A DNA stretch of 64,000 bases from positions 2,914,001-2,978,000 of the forward strand of contig CM035361.1 in assembly GCA_020137815.1 (NCBI GenBank). Reading direction: 5' to 3'. The notes beneath the pieces were generated by a model. It worked only from the letters and a program-made list of their open reading frames with translations. It did not search any database and was not told the DNA's origin. Position 1 is the first letter of the stretch; each line of letters opens with the position of its first letter. The stretch is from Hormiphora californensis. Taxonomy: Eukaryota > Animalia > Ctenophora. This document shows, piece after piece, positions 26,064 to 39,000 of the stretch. The position numbers and the translations under genes are program-made.

Positions 26064-27948
26064 ATGTCCCGAACCCTTGCTATTTTCACTTCCCTCCTTG
26101 TCTTGGCTGCTGGACTGGACTGTGAAGTTTGCCGGCAGTTTTACCATACCGGAGGCAATGAAACTCTAACCGCGGCTGCGTACAAGACACTCAGCCAGAA
26201 ACTATCCATTTCAAGTATGTAATATCAGTATGTATTACCAAATATCTTTCATACGTGTCGGCGTAGAACGAAACCACCTGGACCATATTATACTGGTATT
26301 ATATCCCACGGTGTCCTGGAAGGAGGTTTTACCTCGCCTAGAGTAACCCGAGAAGTTACGGACCCTACCCCACGTATTTTTTGACGTAGAATCCGAAAAA
26401 CATAAAATTAAAATCCGGTCATGTGCCGTTTTTGCGTAAAACGGCAAAAACTGTTATTTTTAGCAATTTTCGACTTTTTTCGTATTTCAGAGGTTCTAGT
26501 AAATCCCCCTTACAAGATACGGTCTTGAGAATTTTCACCAATAAAATATAATCAATTTGCTACAGATTGGTCTTGGGTTTGTGTGATTTGGTCAAAAACT
26601 CTCGTTGCAGTGGCCCCTTAAAGATGTCTAATCTGCAAATACGTTTTTGGCTCCTGTGGCCTCAGTTGTGGACCAAAATAAGATTTACTATACACCAAAA
26701 TTTGCGTCTTCTCAAGGCAAGCAACCTGGTTTTTACGGCATTCCATTTCATGCAGGCGTTGAGGAGTGACAGCTGAAAAACTGCTACAGTGGATTTTGGA
26801 AATACCCCTACTTTATCAAACTCTAACCCGGAAAAGATTTCGAAAAATATAAATTTTTATACATGAAAATGAAGCTCAGACAAATGCCAACAAGATGCAA
26901 AAAACGGGAAGTGTCTAACTTATTTCGTTCAGAAGTTATAGTCAAAATAAAAGTGCTTATATTTGCCTTTAAAAACACCCTTTGAAAGCCCTGAAAATCA
27001 GCAAATCTGTCTAAAAATGCAATACGAATAAAATTTCACCTCCAGTGCACCAACTTAGCCCCCTGTGGACAAAATCTGTTTGAAGTTGTCAGAAATTGTC
27101 TAAAAGTATGGTTTTAGAGTGTATTTTAAAGGCAAATATAAGCACTTTTATTTTGACTTTAACTTCTGAACGAAATAAGTTAGACACTTCCCGTTTTTTG
27201 CATCTTGTTGGCATTTGTCTGAGCTTCATTTTCATGTATAAAAATTTATATTTTTCGAAATCTTTTCCGGGTTAGAGTTTGATGAAGTAGGGGTATTTCC
27301 AAAATCCACTGTAGCAATTTTTCAGCTGTCACTCCTCAACGCCTGCATGAAATGGAATGCCGTAAAAACCAGGCTGCTCGCCTTGAGAAGACGCAAATTT
27401 TGGTGTATAATAAATCTTATTTTGGTCCACAACTGAGGCCACAGGAGCCAAAAACGTATTTGCAGATTAGACATCTTTAAGGGGCCACTGCAACGAGAGT
27501 TTTTGACCAAATCACACAAACCCAAGACCAATCTGTAGCAAATTGATTATATTTTATTGGTGAAAATTCTCAAGACCGTATCTTGTAAGGGGGATTTACT
27601 AGAACCTCTGAAATACGAAAAAAGTCGAAAATTGCTAAAAATAACAGTTTTTGCCGTTTTACGCAAAAACGGCACATGACCGGATTTTAATTTTATGTTT
27701 TTCGGATTCTACGTCAAAAAATACGTGGGGTAGGGTCCGTAACTTCTCGGGTTACTCTAGGCGAGGTAAAACCTCCTTCCAGGACACCGTGATCCCCCTT
27801 ATTTAGACACGACTCATTGAATTGTGTCTAAACTTGTGTCTAAACTTGAATTCACACTTTCCGTGTCTTCAGGTCAGGAAACGTGTACTGGTGATGATGC
27901 AATGGAATGTCCTCCATCGGTAACCGAGTGTCACGCCATCACTCTACA
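26064..27948 (+). pseudogene. Partial copy (exons 1-2 only) of the Ly6/uPAR-like gene: alternative 5' unit, pseudogene or second haplotype
   Basis: Exons 26064-26214 and 27873-27948 encode the same peptide as 29403-29553 and 29720-29795; similarity breaks at (TTAA)n ~28125. Confidence 0.7.
26307..27791. mobile_element. 1.5-kb fold-back element with CAC...GTG termini and 4-bp TSD (Chapaev-like)
   Basis: atcc|cacggtgtcctggaagg ... ccttccaggacaccgtg|atcc; ~680-bp near-identical arms; empty site in the other copy near 29633. Confidence 0.85.
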
Positions 27949-29402
27949 GTATGTAACAGACACACACTATATTTTCTGCCCAAATTGTTCAGTATTTCTA
28001 TCATCCACAAACAATATTCAATATCAATGGGACAGTTTTAGTAAATACACCCAATACAATATTGGACGTGTATTTACTAAAACTGTCCCACCCACAACTT
28101 AACATACCACAGGCTCTGCTTGGTATAATTAATTAATTAATTAATTAATTAATTAATTAATTAAATATCTTGCAAAACGGGTTTCAAATAGCCTCCAGTG
28201 TTTCAATTTACAGACTCTCTTCACTCTACAGCACCAACGCATAAGAGCAAATAACGCGCATTTGTTTCAAATAACCAGAGCACGTGTTTCAAGTTATCAG
28301 ACACTGTTTCAAGTTAGCAGGCGTTTCAAATTGCCAGTCGCTACCCTACGTCGTCATATTATACCTAGCCTGCGATACATGATCATTGATCATTGAACAT
28401 TACTAACAATATTAGTAATATTGTGAGACAGAAGAAGTTTACATTAACCAGTCTGCTGCAGACCTGTCGTACAAGACTAGTAATTTTCTTCATTCGTCGT
28501 GCAGACCGTATACATTATATTTCCTCTTGTCAGGGCGAACACTTGCTGATCACTCTCTGCCCTTCTGTCTCTCCTTCTCTCTCTATCATTATCATTCTCT
28601 CTGTCTTTCGCTGATCTGTACCCTTGCAATGATCTCGCCCTCGTCAATTTGTATTGTAATTGTAGTTGTTTATGTGTGTTTGAGTTAGCGAGTGATTTTA
28701 TCTTTTTCAAACAAGTTCCATCACTTACTGATGGTGACTACATGCAGCTTTTACTACTGCTGTTGTTTCTGTTTGTAATTTAGAATTTGTAAATCTGAAT
28801 CGTGTTGTCCCGTCTTAAGATTCGTTTTATCAAAATCAGTAATTAATGAGTAAGAAGCATATCTCTTATGTTTGTATGATTCTACTAAACAATTCATACA
28901 AAATGAAGTAGATTCGTCATTTGATTGGATCTTATCACCAATATAATAGCAGCGGGTTGAATTCATTACTGAGAGCTCTCAGTATCGTACTTATGTAAAA
29001 CTTTGGTACCAGTTACATGTCTATTCAATTGTAGGGCAGTCCGACACATTTAATCGATGACATTATCTAATTAACCATACTCCAAGCTGTCCAGTACCCC
29101 ATTATATATCATCTCCGATACGCTGTATTATATGCACCCTGTTATATTATAAGCGTGAAGAGGACTATAATTATCATGTATATCCTTTTGTGCTATATAT
29201 TGCGAGAGCAGGAGCTTATTATATAGAGATGAGAGAGCTGCAGCATAGATCAATACACCACTATATAAAACCTAAAGCGGCTCTTTATATTATAAGCAGA
29301 TCTTTCGTATACGCATATCGCTTTGATTAGTTTGTTAGTTGATTATAATTAGCCAATTTTCTAAATAAAACAAGCTCGTTTCTGCAGTTGCTGAAGCTGA
29401 TC

Positions 29403-30504
29403 ATGTCCCGAACCCTTGCTATTTTCACCTCCCTCCTCGTCTTGGCTGCTGGACTGGACTGTGAAGTGTGCCGGCAGTTCTACCACACCGGGGGCAATGA
29501 AACTCTAACCGCGGCCGCGTACAAGACACTCAGCCAGAAACTATCCATTTCAAGTATGTAATATCAGTTTGTATAGCCAAATATCTTTCATACGTGTCGG
29601 CGTAGAACGAAACCACCTGGCCCCTATTGGTATTATCCTCCTTATTTAGACACGACTCATTGAATTGTGTCTAAACTTGTGTCTAAACTTGAATTCAATA
29701 ACACTTTCCGTGTCTTCAGGTCAGGAAACGTGTACTGGTGATGACGCAATGGAGTGTCCTCCATCGGTGACCGAGTGTCACGCCATCACTCTACAGTATG
29801 TAACAGACACACACTAATATTTCTGACACCATTTTGAACTTTCTGCCCAAATCTTTCAGTATTTCGCTCACAAACAATATTGGGTGTAGTTACTAAAACT
29901 GTCCCACTTGCACAACTTAACATACCACACCTGCTCGGTATAACTAAACACATCTCTCTCTCTCCACACAATCAGGGTCTCTGAAGGAGTCAATGGTAAC
30001 TACAGTGTGACAGTCCGGGGATGTGACATTGTGGGAGCTAATGATATTTCCAGGGTCTCGTGCAACAGCCTGGCTTACGACTCCCGGACTGAGTGTAAGG
30101 ATCTATCGTGTGCGTTTGGAACTAGAGTTTTAGTCACGTGTCATATATAAAGTACCACGTGATGTGTTGGTCACGTGATGTAGTAGTCACGTGATGTAGA
30201 AGTCACGTGATAAAACATGTGAAATGATTATGAAAATGTACTTCATGCCATAATATCACAGGCACTAGGAAGCCAAGGCCTAGGATGTGAAGCATTTTCT
30301 GTGTGTTTACATTAATCTGTGAAGCAATACAGTGCACCACAATTCAATAATTTATTGGCGAATATCGAATATACATTAATCCTTTTAGGTACCCAATACT
30401 TGTGTGAAGAGGACTCATGTAACAAGGAACATCAGAAATCCAGTGGGCTACAAATGATCGTCAACGGATTACTGTTCGCTATTATTTTGGTCATCGGATT
30501 GTAA
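29403..30504 (+). CDS. Ly6/uPAR (three-finger)-like GPI-anchored protein, 153 aa
   Basis: Exons 29403-29553, 29720-29795, 29976-30094, 30389-30504 in phase (462 nt). Signal peptide, LDCEVC start, VRGC, LCEEDSCN end motif, hydrophobic GPI-type tail. Confidence 0.85.
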
Positions 30505-32908
30505 AGGAAATGTTACAAAATACAAACTGAAAAAGAGAGCTTGTTTTATGGGAGTTTGTTGTTTTTTAGTGAATTTAATGATTATAGTATTTTTGCAACA
30601 AAATTAACGTTGTTTTGTTATAAAATTACGAATATTACCATGCTGGAGGTAGCCTTGGGCACGTCGCGCCCCCCATGTTCGCGCGCCCGTAGGGCGATCC
30701 CCCCTACGGGGCTTGCCCGCTTCGCGGGCAAGAGCTATCCAAGATTGTTAATGCAGCAGAGCACATTTATGGTCGAGCTTGAGGTCAGGAAGACGCTGTC
30801 TGCAAACCACATCTGAGCGAATCAAATCGGGGTCTGGCGCCGCCAGACAGGGACAGTGCTGCTTGTAGTCAAATTACCGTAATGAAAATACAGTAAGGAG
30901 ACGCGCACGGTGCATAACGCGCGGCAAAAAGTTCATGTGTCAGCACGTACTAGCGCCCTGATTGGTCACGGTTGCGCGTCGTCTTACTGTATCTTTCGTT
31001 TTCCATTACCGTTTTCCCACTACAAGCGACCGTGGGATGAGGGAAAACGTATCGATTTCCACTCCGCTGGTACTAAAAGGTTGTGATATACTGCACTCAA
31101 TCCCTTGACAGTTGACCCAAGAGATTGGGCCCAATCTCTTGGGTCAACTGTCGTCTGTCAAGCCAACGTTTGCGGCAATAGGAAAATCAGAAATCACCTG
31201 TCTGCCCAAGTAGATCTACTGTGTGTGCTGGCTATTGGGGTTAATATAGGGCCTTGTCCCGGAAGCCGGGAAGCGTATGTCTACGTAGACACACCAAAGT
31301 AAAAATTAACTGAGAAGTTGCGTCTGACAATGTCAGTGACATAATTTTTGAAGTTTTCACTGATTTCATGACAAAAAGACCTACGCTGGGGCATTGTTAG
31401 ACAGCCAGTGGGATCTGAAGTGGGCGGCAACAAAGAAAACTGATTTCAAAACTCATCTAAAGCTTGCTCCAAGCCCGCCCGACTCCGTTTTAACCCCGTT
31501 TTGGGGTTGAATGACGAATTTTTAGACAAAGTTTGTTCGAAATTTAATTGCTGGCAGACACATATGTAAATTCCTTTCGCAATTTCTAAAATGGTTCAAA
31601 AATCAAACGGGGACATCAGGAGACTGGGTAGTATCCAGTGAAGTCTCCAGTGAGGTCTACAGTGAAGTCTCCAGTGAAGTTTGAAGACCCCGAGGGTCTC
31701 AGATGCCGGGCTGCGGCAGCCGCTGCGAAAAATCCTGAGTTTTTAAAAATTTCATTCGCCCCCTTCGACCCCCATCGGGGCTTGCAGCCCCTGGGCTGTG
31801 CAGTCATCCCGGGGCTCTGCCCCTACATCCCGCCAGGGCACCGGCCACCGGCCCTTGGCCCCGTTGTGCCTGGTAAATGTTGGCGATAAATGTTAACCAG
31901 ATCTCCGGCTTCTCCGCCCCCCCCCCCCCTGCTGCACTGAGTGCTGGGGTTCCGCCCCGACCCTGGACCAATATGGGCGGTCGCGCAGCGGCTGCAACCC
32001 GCCCACCGCGAGGGTCTCAGATGGCAGGCCACGGCAGCCGCCGAGAAAAAATCATTTTGGACATTGGAATTGTCCCGCGCGCGGCCGCGCAAAGCATTTC
32101 GTAATTTTTTCGCGCGTTCTTGCTTTTTTCCGCGCGCGGCAGTGCATTCATGCATGTGCGCGCGACTCCAACAGAAAATTGTTTCTTTTCACTCTTCACT
32201 TTTCACTTCTTCACTTTGAATTTTTAAATTCAGAGTTGTCCGAACTCCGCCGTTCAATGACTGAACTTGACTCTTTACACGGGGGGCGCGATTATAATCT
32301 GGGTGCCTTGCAGCCTGTTAACAGGTGCGCGCTACCAAAAGAGTATACTTAGACCGACTTTTTTCAAACGGCTATAGCCACGCAACCACATGGCCAATTT
32401 GAGTAAAGTGTAAACTAAACGGTAACTGATAGAGATTAGAGAATCGATAGCCCTAACCGATAACCCCAAACAGACCCTAACGGATAGCCCTAACCCGTCG
32501 TGCGCGCTAAAACTACGAATTGTTAGCAATGAAAGGCACCCAGATTTTAACGTTTTCCTTACACGGGCGCCGTCTGTTTAAAGACCTGTTTACAGGTGCT
32601 CGCTGCCATTAAAGTATACTCCATTTTTTTCAACTGTTCACCCCCCAAAGTCGTGCGCGGAATTGTTTTGCACGTTTATCACATGTTAACGTGTAGCGCA
32701 CGCCACAAAAGTTTTAAATTTCAGTTTTTGGGTGAACAGTTGAAAAAAAAGGACTTTACCCTGCGATAAAATTTCTCGAAAGTCCCTTTTTCTCAACTGT
32801 TCAAGTTAATTTGGCACATTTTTGAATAATTTATATTCTCCGGTTTCTGGTAAGACAGTGGTGTAACAACCGCTTAAAGATATGTTAAGACTGATTGACC
32901 CTGCAGAA

Positions 32909-32942
<34 letters not shown>

Positions 32943-33083
32943 GGACAAATTTTCCAATAGCTTATAGCCAGGAGTCAGGACAAACATAAAACTCTGTTAC
33001 TTTTTTTTGTGTATGATTGATTATTTTATGATAACATCTGTTATGTAGGGTTACCGTTAAAAGTTACACGCGGCAATGTTGTT

Positions 33084-36000
33084 ATGTGGTGTCTCATCTT
33101 ACTCTTGATTCAACCTACACACTCCATTGTTGCATCTTTCACGGGCGGACACGCTTACCTCCTTCTAACAGATCTCATCACACCCGAGTTCCAGCTCTCG
33201 TTCACATTTGAAACTCCTCTTTCTTACGGCCTTCTGTTTGCTCTCCAGAACTCGTCAAATCATACTACATTCAGGTAATTGCCGTTACAAGATACACATC
33301 TCTCTGCTATCGTATCTGAGATATAAGGGGATATAAAATGTCATTATTTGTGTGATTTTATAAACGTTGATATTGTCTCTTGTTAATGTAAATTAATATT
33401 TTCCGCAGTCTATCTCTAGACAATGGAACTCTTCTCTCCTCAACTAATGGGGAACCATCATCATCTTCCATTCTACAACACGCCCCCAACACAATCCTCA
33501 TATCTCAAACCATTGTGACCGTCAATGGAACTCCACTTCCTGCTTCCCTCCCACCTGACATCACCAGTATATCCCTCGGTGGATACCCCTCTCCCACCGG
33601 ACCTTACCATCAATTTTATGGGGTTATCTGGGGTGTGACACTGTCAGGAGAGACTCTGACATCAGAGCGGTTTCTGTCTAGTAATGTCCAATGGGGAGAG
33701 AAACAACACGATTCATTAGCTGATGATGATATTCACATTTTAACAATAAATCATACATCAGTTCGATACCCCATCGCAAATACAGACTTCACCGATTTTG
33801 ACATGCGGTTCGAGTTTAAAACTCCCGAATCTCGTGTAACAATTCTCGTATACGAGCTCGCTAAATTCTCCCTCTCCCTGATGAAAGAGGGAAACCAACT
33901 TGTATTACGTCACAACTTGTACGGCCAGAATGAGCAGCTGGTCGTAGCAGTCAGTGCTCAAAACTGGACGGCAGTACGGTTAACTGTCAGTGACACTATA
34001 ACTGGTCTATCAGCCGGGGACAGGGTCAGTGAGGTTAGATCATCATCTCCAGTTGTCAGCAGGAGGTTTCACAGGAAACCTGTGTATATTGGACCTGGGT
34101 ATCTGGGTTGTGTGAGAGGGTTTGAGGAGGGGGGAGTGTTGAAGGGGATGGCCGAGGTGTCAGGGACCTTGGTTGGGTGTTCCTTTCCGGAGGGATGTGG
34201 AGAGTGTGAAGGAGAGTGTAGCAGGACTTGGACACGAGTCAGGTAATAACTTAATTATAATTAATCAATTAACTGAAACTAGTCAATAACTAAAACTAGT
34301 CAACTACTTTCTGAGACATCAATATTTCAGTTGTTTGGACATAATATTGTCATGATAATTATAATTAACCAGATAACATTCTCTCTCCGTGTGTTAGGTG
34401 TGTGACTAATGAGCTGAGAGGTGCTGTTGAGTTTACATCTACTGGTATCCTGTTTTTGGAGCAGGATCTAACTGATGGTGAGTTCACCTTGACCGTCTGT
34501 CTGTCTGTCTGTCTGTCTGTCTGTAGTTCTTTCTGTCAGTCTGTCTGTCTGTAGTTCTTTCTGTAGTTCTTTCTGTCGGTCTGTCTGTTTGTCTACAACC
34601 CTGTCGGTCTATCTATTGTAGCTCACTGTCATCTTTGTATCCTTGTTATTAGGGTACAGATCCCTCGTCTATTTCGCACACTTTCTACCAGGTTATACGC
34701 CCGTTTTTAGTGACACACAAATGACAGTGATTAATCAGTAAAACTCGTCATTAGTCTAGCAGTAACAGTAAAACACTGGGAACTCGTCATTAGTCTCTTT
34801 TTGTTTTTCCACACCGCAATTTAACTTTGGGAACGTTATCCCCCCTTTTTTGTTTCTTCCTCTGAGCTGATTCTCTCGAGCTGTGGGTCGCTCACACACA
34901 CACAACCTTCTCCGTAAGCAAGGGTAGTGGGTACACCTTGGTTACGAAGTTACCGTGCCAAGGGTACATCGTACTCGAGACACATGTATATTGTATACTC
35001 AATGTATAGTATATTGTATACTCAATGTATAGTATATTGTATACTCAATGTTAAACTTGGTGTTCTGTTTCTTCAGAGACAGTTCTAAATCTGACCCTGA
35101 GTTTGGTAACAAGGACAAAGAAAGATGCTGTGTTGGTTACCCTTAAACACTCTGACAGAAACAGCTCTCCATTCCTTACACTCCAGGTGAGATTTTGTTA
35201 CACTATAATAGCAGGAACCGACCGAAACAAGTAAACAACCAATCAGAACTCGTTATTTAGGTCACGTGACTGATAATCAGCCAATCAGGGACCAGTGTTT
35301 CCTGATTCGGTCGGTTCCTGCAAGTTATAGATTGGTCTACCGAACCCTCACAGAGTGCGCTCTGTTATGAAATATAACGCGGTGTGAGCCAATGAACTAT
35401 GATATAGCAAGATGAGTGTCAGGATTTATTTTGCTGTGCCAACCTTGAAGGTTTGGAGGTCCCCAAGTGGCCCCCACTCCAAGCAGGATTTATTTTGTCC
35501 ACAAGATTTCTAAACAAATCAAACCGCTATGCATCTTGTTCCCTCTCTTCTCTCATAACACACGCGTTCTCCCCTGCAGCTTGTAGCTGGATACCTGATG
35601 CTGACCTTTGCCGACTCCACCCTAATCACAGATACAAGTGATTTGAATAATGGGGAACTACACACAGTATCAATTGGAGTCACCCAAACATCCCTAACGT
35701 TCCAGGTACATATTTGGTGTTTCTTTCGATCGTGTTTTATAAATTGTACTTATGATTGATTTTAATGTTTCTTTGTTCTTCGGCGATTATTCCCCCCGTA
35801 TTTCATTCCTAATACAACACCTTACATCATCTGTAAACGTAAACCGTCCTTCATCTTTATTTAATTAACTAATTAGTCACTAACTATTTATCAGGTAGAT
35901 GGAAGGCTGAAAGAGTCGCCGTATAGCCCCGCCACACCCCGTCTCACCACCTCCCCAACTCTTGTTATAATTGGAGGGAGCAGTCCTAAAATCACCAGCT

Positions 36001-39000
36001 ATTGGTTCACAGGTAATGAAATATTAATTAACTAACCAATTAAATTATTAATTAGGGTAAACCGGGGCAAAATGGTTAACTTTTTACTTAATCGGTTCTC
36101 ACTCCCATTTAAAAAAAGATACAATGAAAAAAATTATATAGGATTAAAGTTCATTATTTTATCTTTCAAATAAGATAAATTTCAACTATAGGGACCATCA
36201 TTTACTTAACTAAATAACTAATTGAAAAATTTTGGTCGGAAAAATTGGTACCGGGGCAATTCGAGCATCACCAATAGGAGTGCTTTATTTCGTCACGTGG
36301 GAGTCACGTGAACGTCCTCACAACACCAGAAGAAGATTCCCGCCTGGTGTTGTTAGAGGTGGGGGCAATTCGAACAATGTAATCTACACGCAATCTACAC
36401 GCTGGTCGTTCTTGCTCGAATTGCCCCGGTATCACGCGTGATCACGTGGTGCAAAGAACTGCACATCATTGGCCCGGGAGTTAACCAAATTGCCCCGGTG
36501 TGTTAACCAAATTGCCCATGTTCGAATTGCCCCGGTTGTTCGAATTGCCCCGGTAATCTTAATTTACCAGAATTTGGAATGAAAACATGCGAATATTTAA
36601 ATAATTTTTATACCATCTGAAAGCTGATATTATTAGCTTTCAGCTGGTTTTTTCAAATCGGAAATTGACCAACTTAAACCGGATCTAGAGCCTATTTAGT
36701 GGTAACGGGCAGGCTCGAACGAGCAGTTCTCTTCTGGAGATAGGATGACGTCATTATGATAGCTTAACTAGGTGAGAGACGGGCAGTACTATGTTCGAAT
36801 TGCCCCAGTTGTTCGAATTGCCCCGGTTTACCCTAGTAATCCAATATTTCAAACAACAGAGTTGCAATCATTTTTGGGCGCATACAAAATATTAAAAAAA
36901 CACCTCTTTTTACGTTTATAACACTCCTAGAGTTCTTGTCTGATTGTATCAACTTAACAGATGAATTATAGTACTCAAGTTACAACCAGTTATTCATAGC
37001 TATTACACATTGCACTCAAGTTTCCCTCTTTAAAAATACTTCTTCTCGTGTTTTTAGTATCCATTCTTTATATATTTCACATTATATACAGTCGGACCCC
37101 GATTTACCGGGATGCTCGGGGAAAGGGTTTTGACCGGTAAATCGGGGTGCCCGGTATATCGGGGTAAATTACCGTTAATTTCCTATATCGGGGGAATTTT
37201 ATCCTCCCGGTAAATCGGGGTTCCGGTAAATCGGGGTCCGACTGTATCTACATTCTCATTCAGGGTGTTTGACTGAGCTGAAGATCAACGGAAGAGACAT
37301 ACTGGAGATAGCCGAGAGAAGCTCCCTTGAATCAGCCAAAGATGAAAACGCGTTATTTGGTTAGTACAGGGTGTTGGTTAAAAAGTGGTTTCAAGAAATC
37401 TCAAATTAACTATTAAATTGGAGCACCGGGATTCAATTTAACACTGCACAGACAGGACGTGAACTTGTAACAACCTCCCCCCTCCTAGGTCAGTGTTCGA
37501 TAATGCCGGAAAACAAAACCCAAACCCCGGAACCCATTATTATACCCCTACAAACTCAAGGTCATTATGCACTAGCTACAACGGTGGCACCGGATCATAT
37601 TGATAAAGTGTAAGTTAATTAGAGAAAACAACAATTAAGCAGTCCTTTAAAATTTAGTTAAGAATCAGAATTTTTTGGCTGAACTATGTCAGGCGACATC
37701 AGCTGTGTAAGTTATTTATCGTTTTGTTTCGTGGACTGTGAGGGACCCTTCTTTCTCTCTTGTAACAGTGCCAGCAGTGTCAGGTGACAGGTTCTTGGAA
37801 TGATCATACTTTGTTTTGCGTAGACACAGTGTCATATTGTGACTCAACCAGGTGCAGAGATGGAAGGGAAGGTCGAGTCTTAACTCATTCTCTCCCTTCC
37901 TCTATTGCTGTCCCGACATGTTTCTTCGTTTCAGGATTATTGATAAAGAGGGAGGTAACAGGCCGACTAAACCTGATAATCAGAGCAACAACAACGAGGA
38001 AATTACGTGAGTTTAGACATTTTAAATTTGGGCTCAAAATTGATTGTGATCTACATTTCACTGGTTTCTGGGCCGCTCCAAAATATCATTTAATTTTCCC
38101 CGTTTCTTGACATCATTTTACTACTTCAGTTTTAACTCCGTTTTCAATTTCAGGCACCTAGGTTACCCACGACCGAGTAACCAGTTACTAATCGCTATTA
38201 TTGTCGGTCTAATCGTCATCTTTGTTACCCTCATCTTCCTGGGGTATTATCTGTGGCAAAGGAGGCAAATCAAAGCTGCTGTGAGTTTAATTGTGAGTTA
38301 AATAAGTCAGTAAAGAAATATTAGTTTATTAGTTTAGTCAGTAAAGAAATATTAGTACAGTCGGACCCCGATTTAGTGGCCCCCGATTTAGTGGCACCCC
38401 GATTTAGTGGCAGGATTTTTTTCCCCCAAAAACTTTTTTGAATTTTTTTGTGAAATTTTTTTGAAAATTTTTCAAAGAAACACCAGCCACGTCCGAATCG
38501 TTTTTCGAATCAGTGAATCTTATCGCATGTCCTGCTGCTAATTAGACGGTTCGGAACGAACCGATACGTGATCCCCATGGGGCCATTGAATCACAAGTTC
38601 ACCAAGCGTCAAAATTTCGATTCGATGGGGATCACGTTTCGATTCGTCCCGAACCGTCTAATTAGTAGCAGGACATGCGATAAGATGCACCGATTCGAAA
38701 CAGGATTCGGACGTGGCTGGTACCGTAATCTGGGGTAACTTTGTTTTGCAGGGTAACTTTAGACACTTTCAAAATTTGGCTTTAGTCCAAAATTACCAAC
38801 AGATAACGACAGATTTGGCATAATTTTTGGGTGTACAAGTAATTGACCCACAAATGTCTAACTAACGGTACAATTATTTTTTTCAATTCTATGCTAATTA
38901 GCTCCTAATTAGGGGCAAACATAATTGATGTCAAAATCGCTAAAAATGTTCAAATCAAAATGGGTACCATAGATTTGACCGGGCTAATGACCGAATAAAG

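Noticed and set aside
26307-26340. V(D)J RSS or Transib/RAG-like end (CACGGTG)
   Set aside because: No ACAAAAACC-like nonamer at 12 or 23 spacing, TSD is 4 bp, no transposase ORF.
31616-32219. GC-rich overlapping ORFs
   Set aside because: Frames are not conserved in the second copy at 49.7-50.3 kb and show no recognisable domain; repeat-derived.
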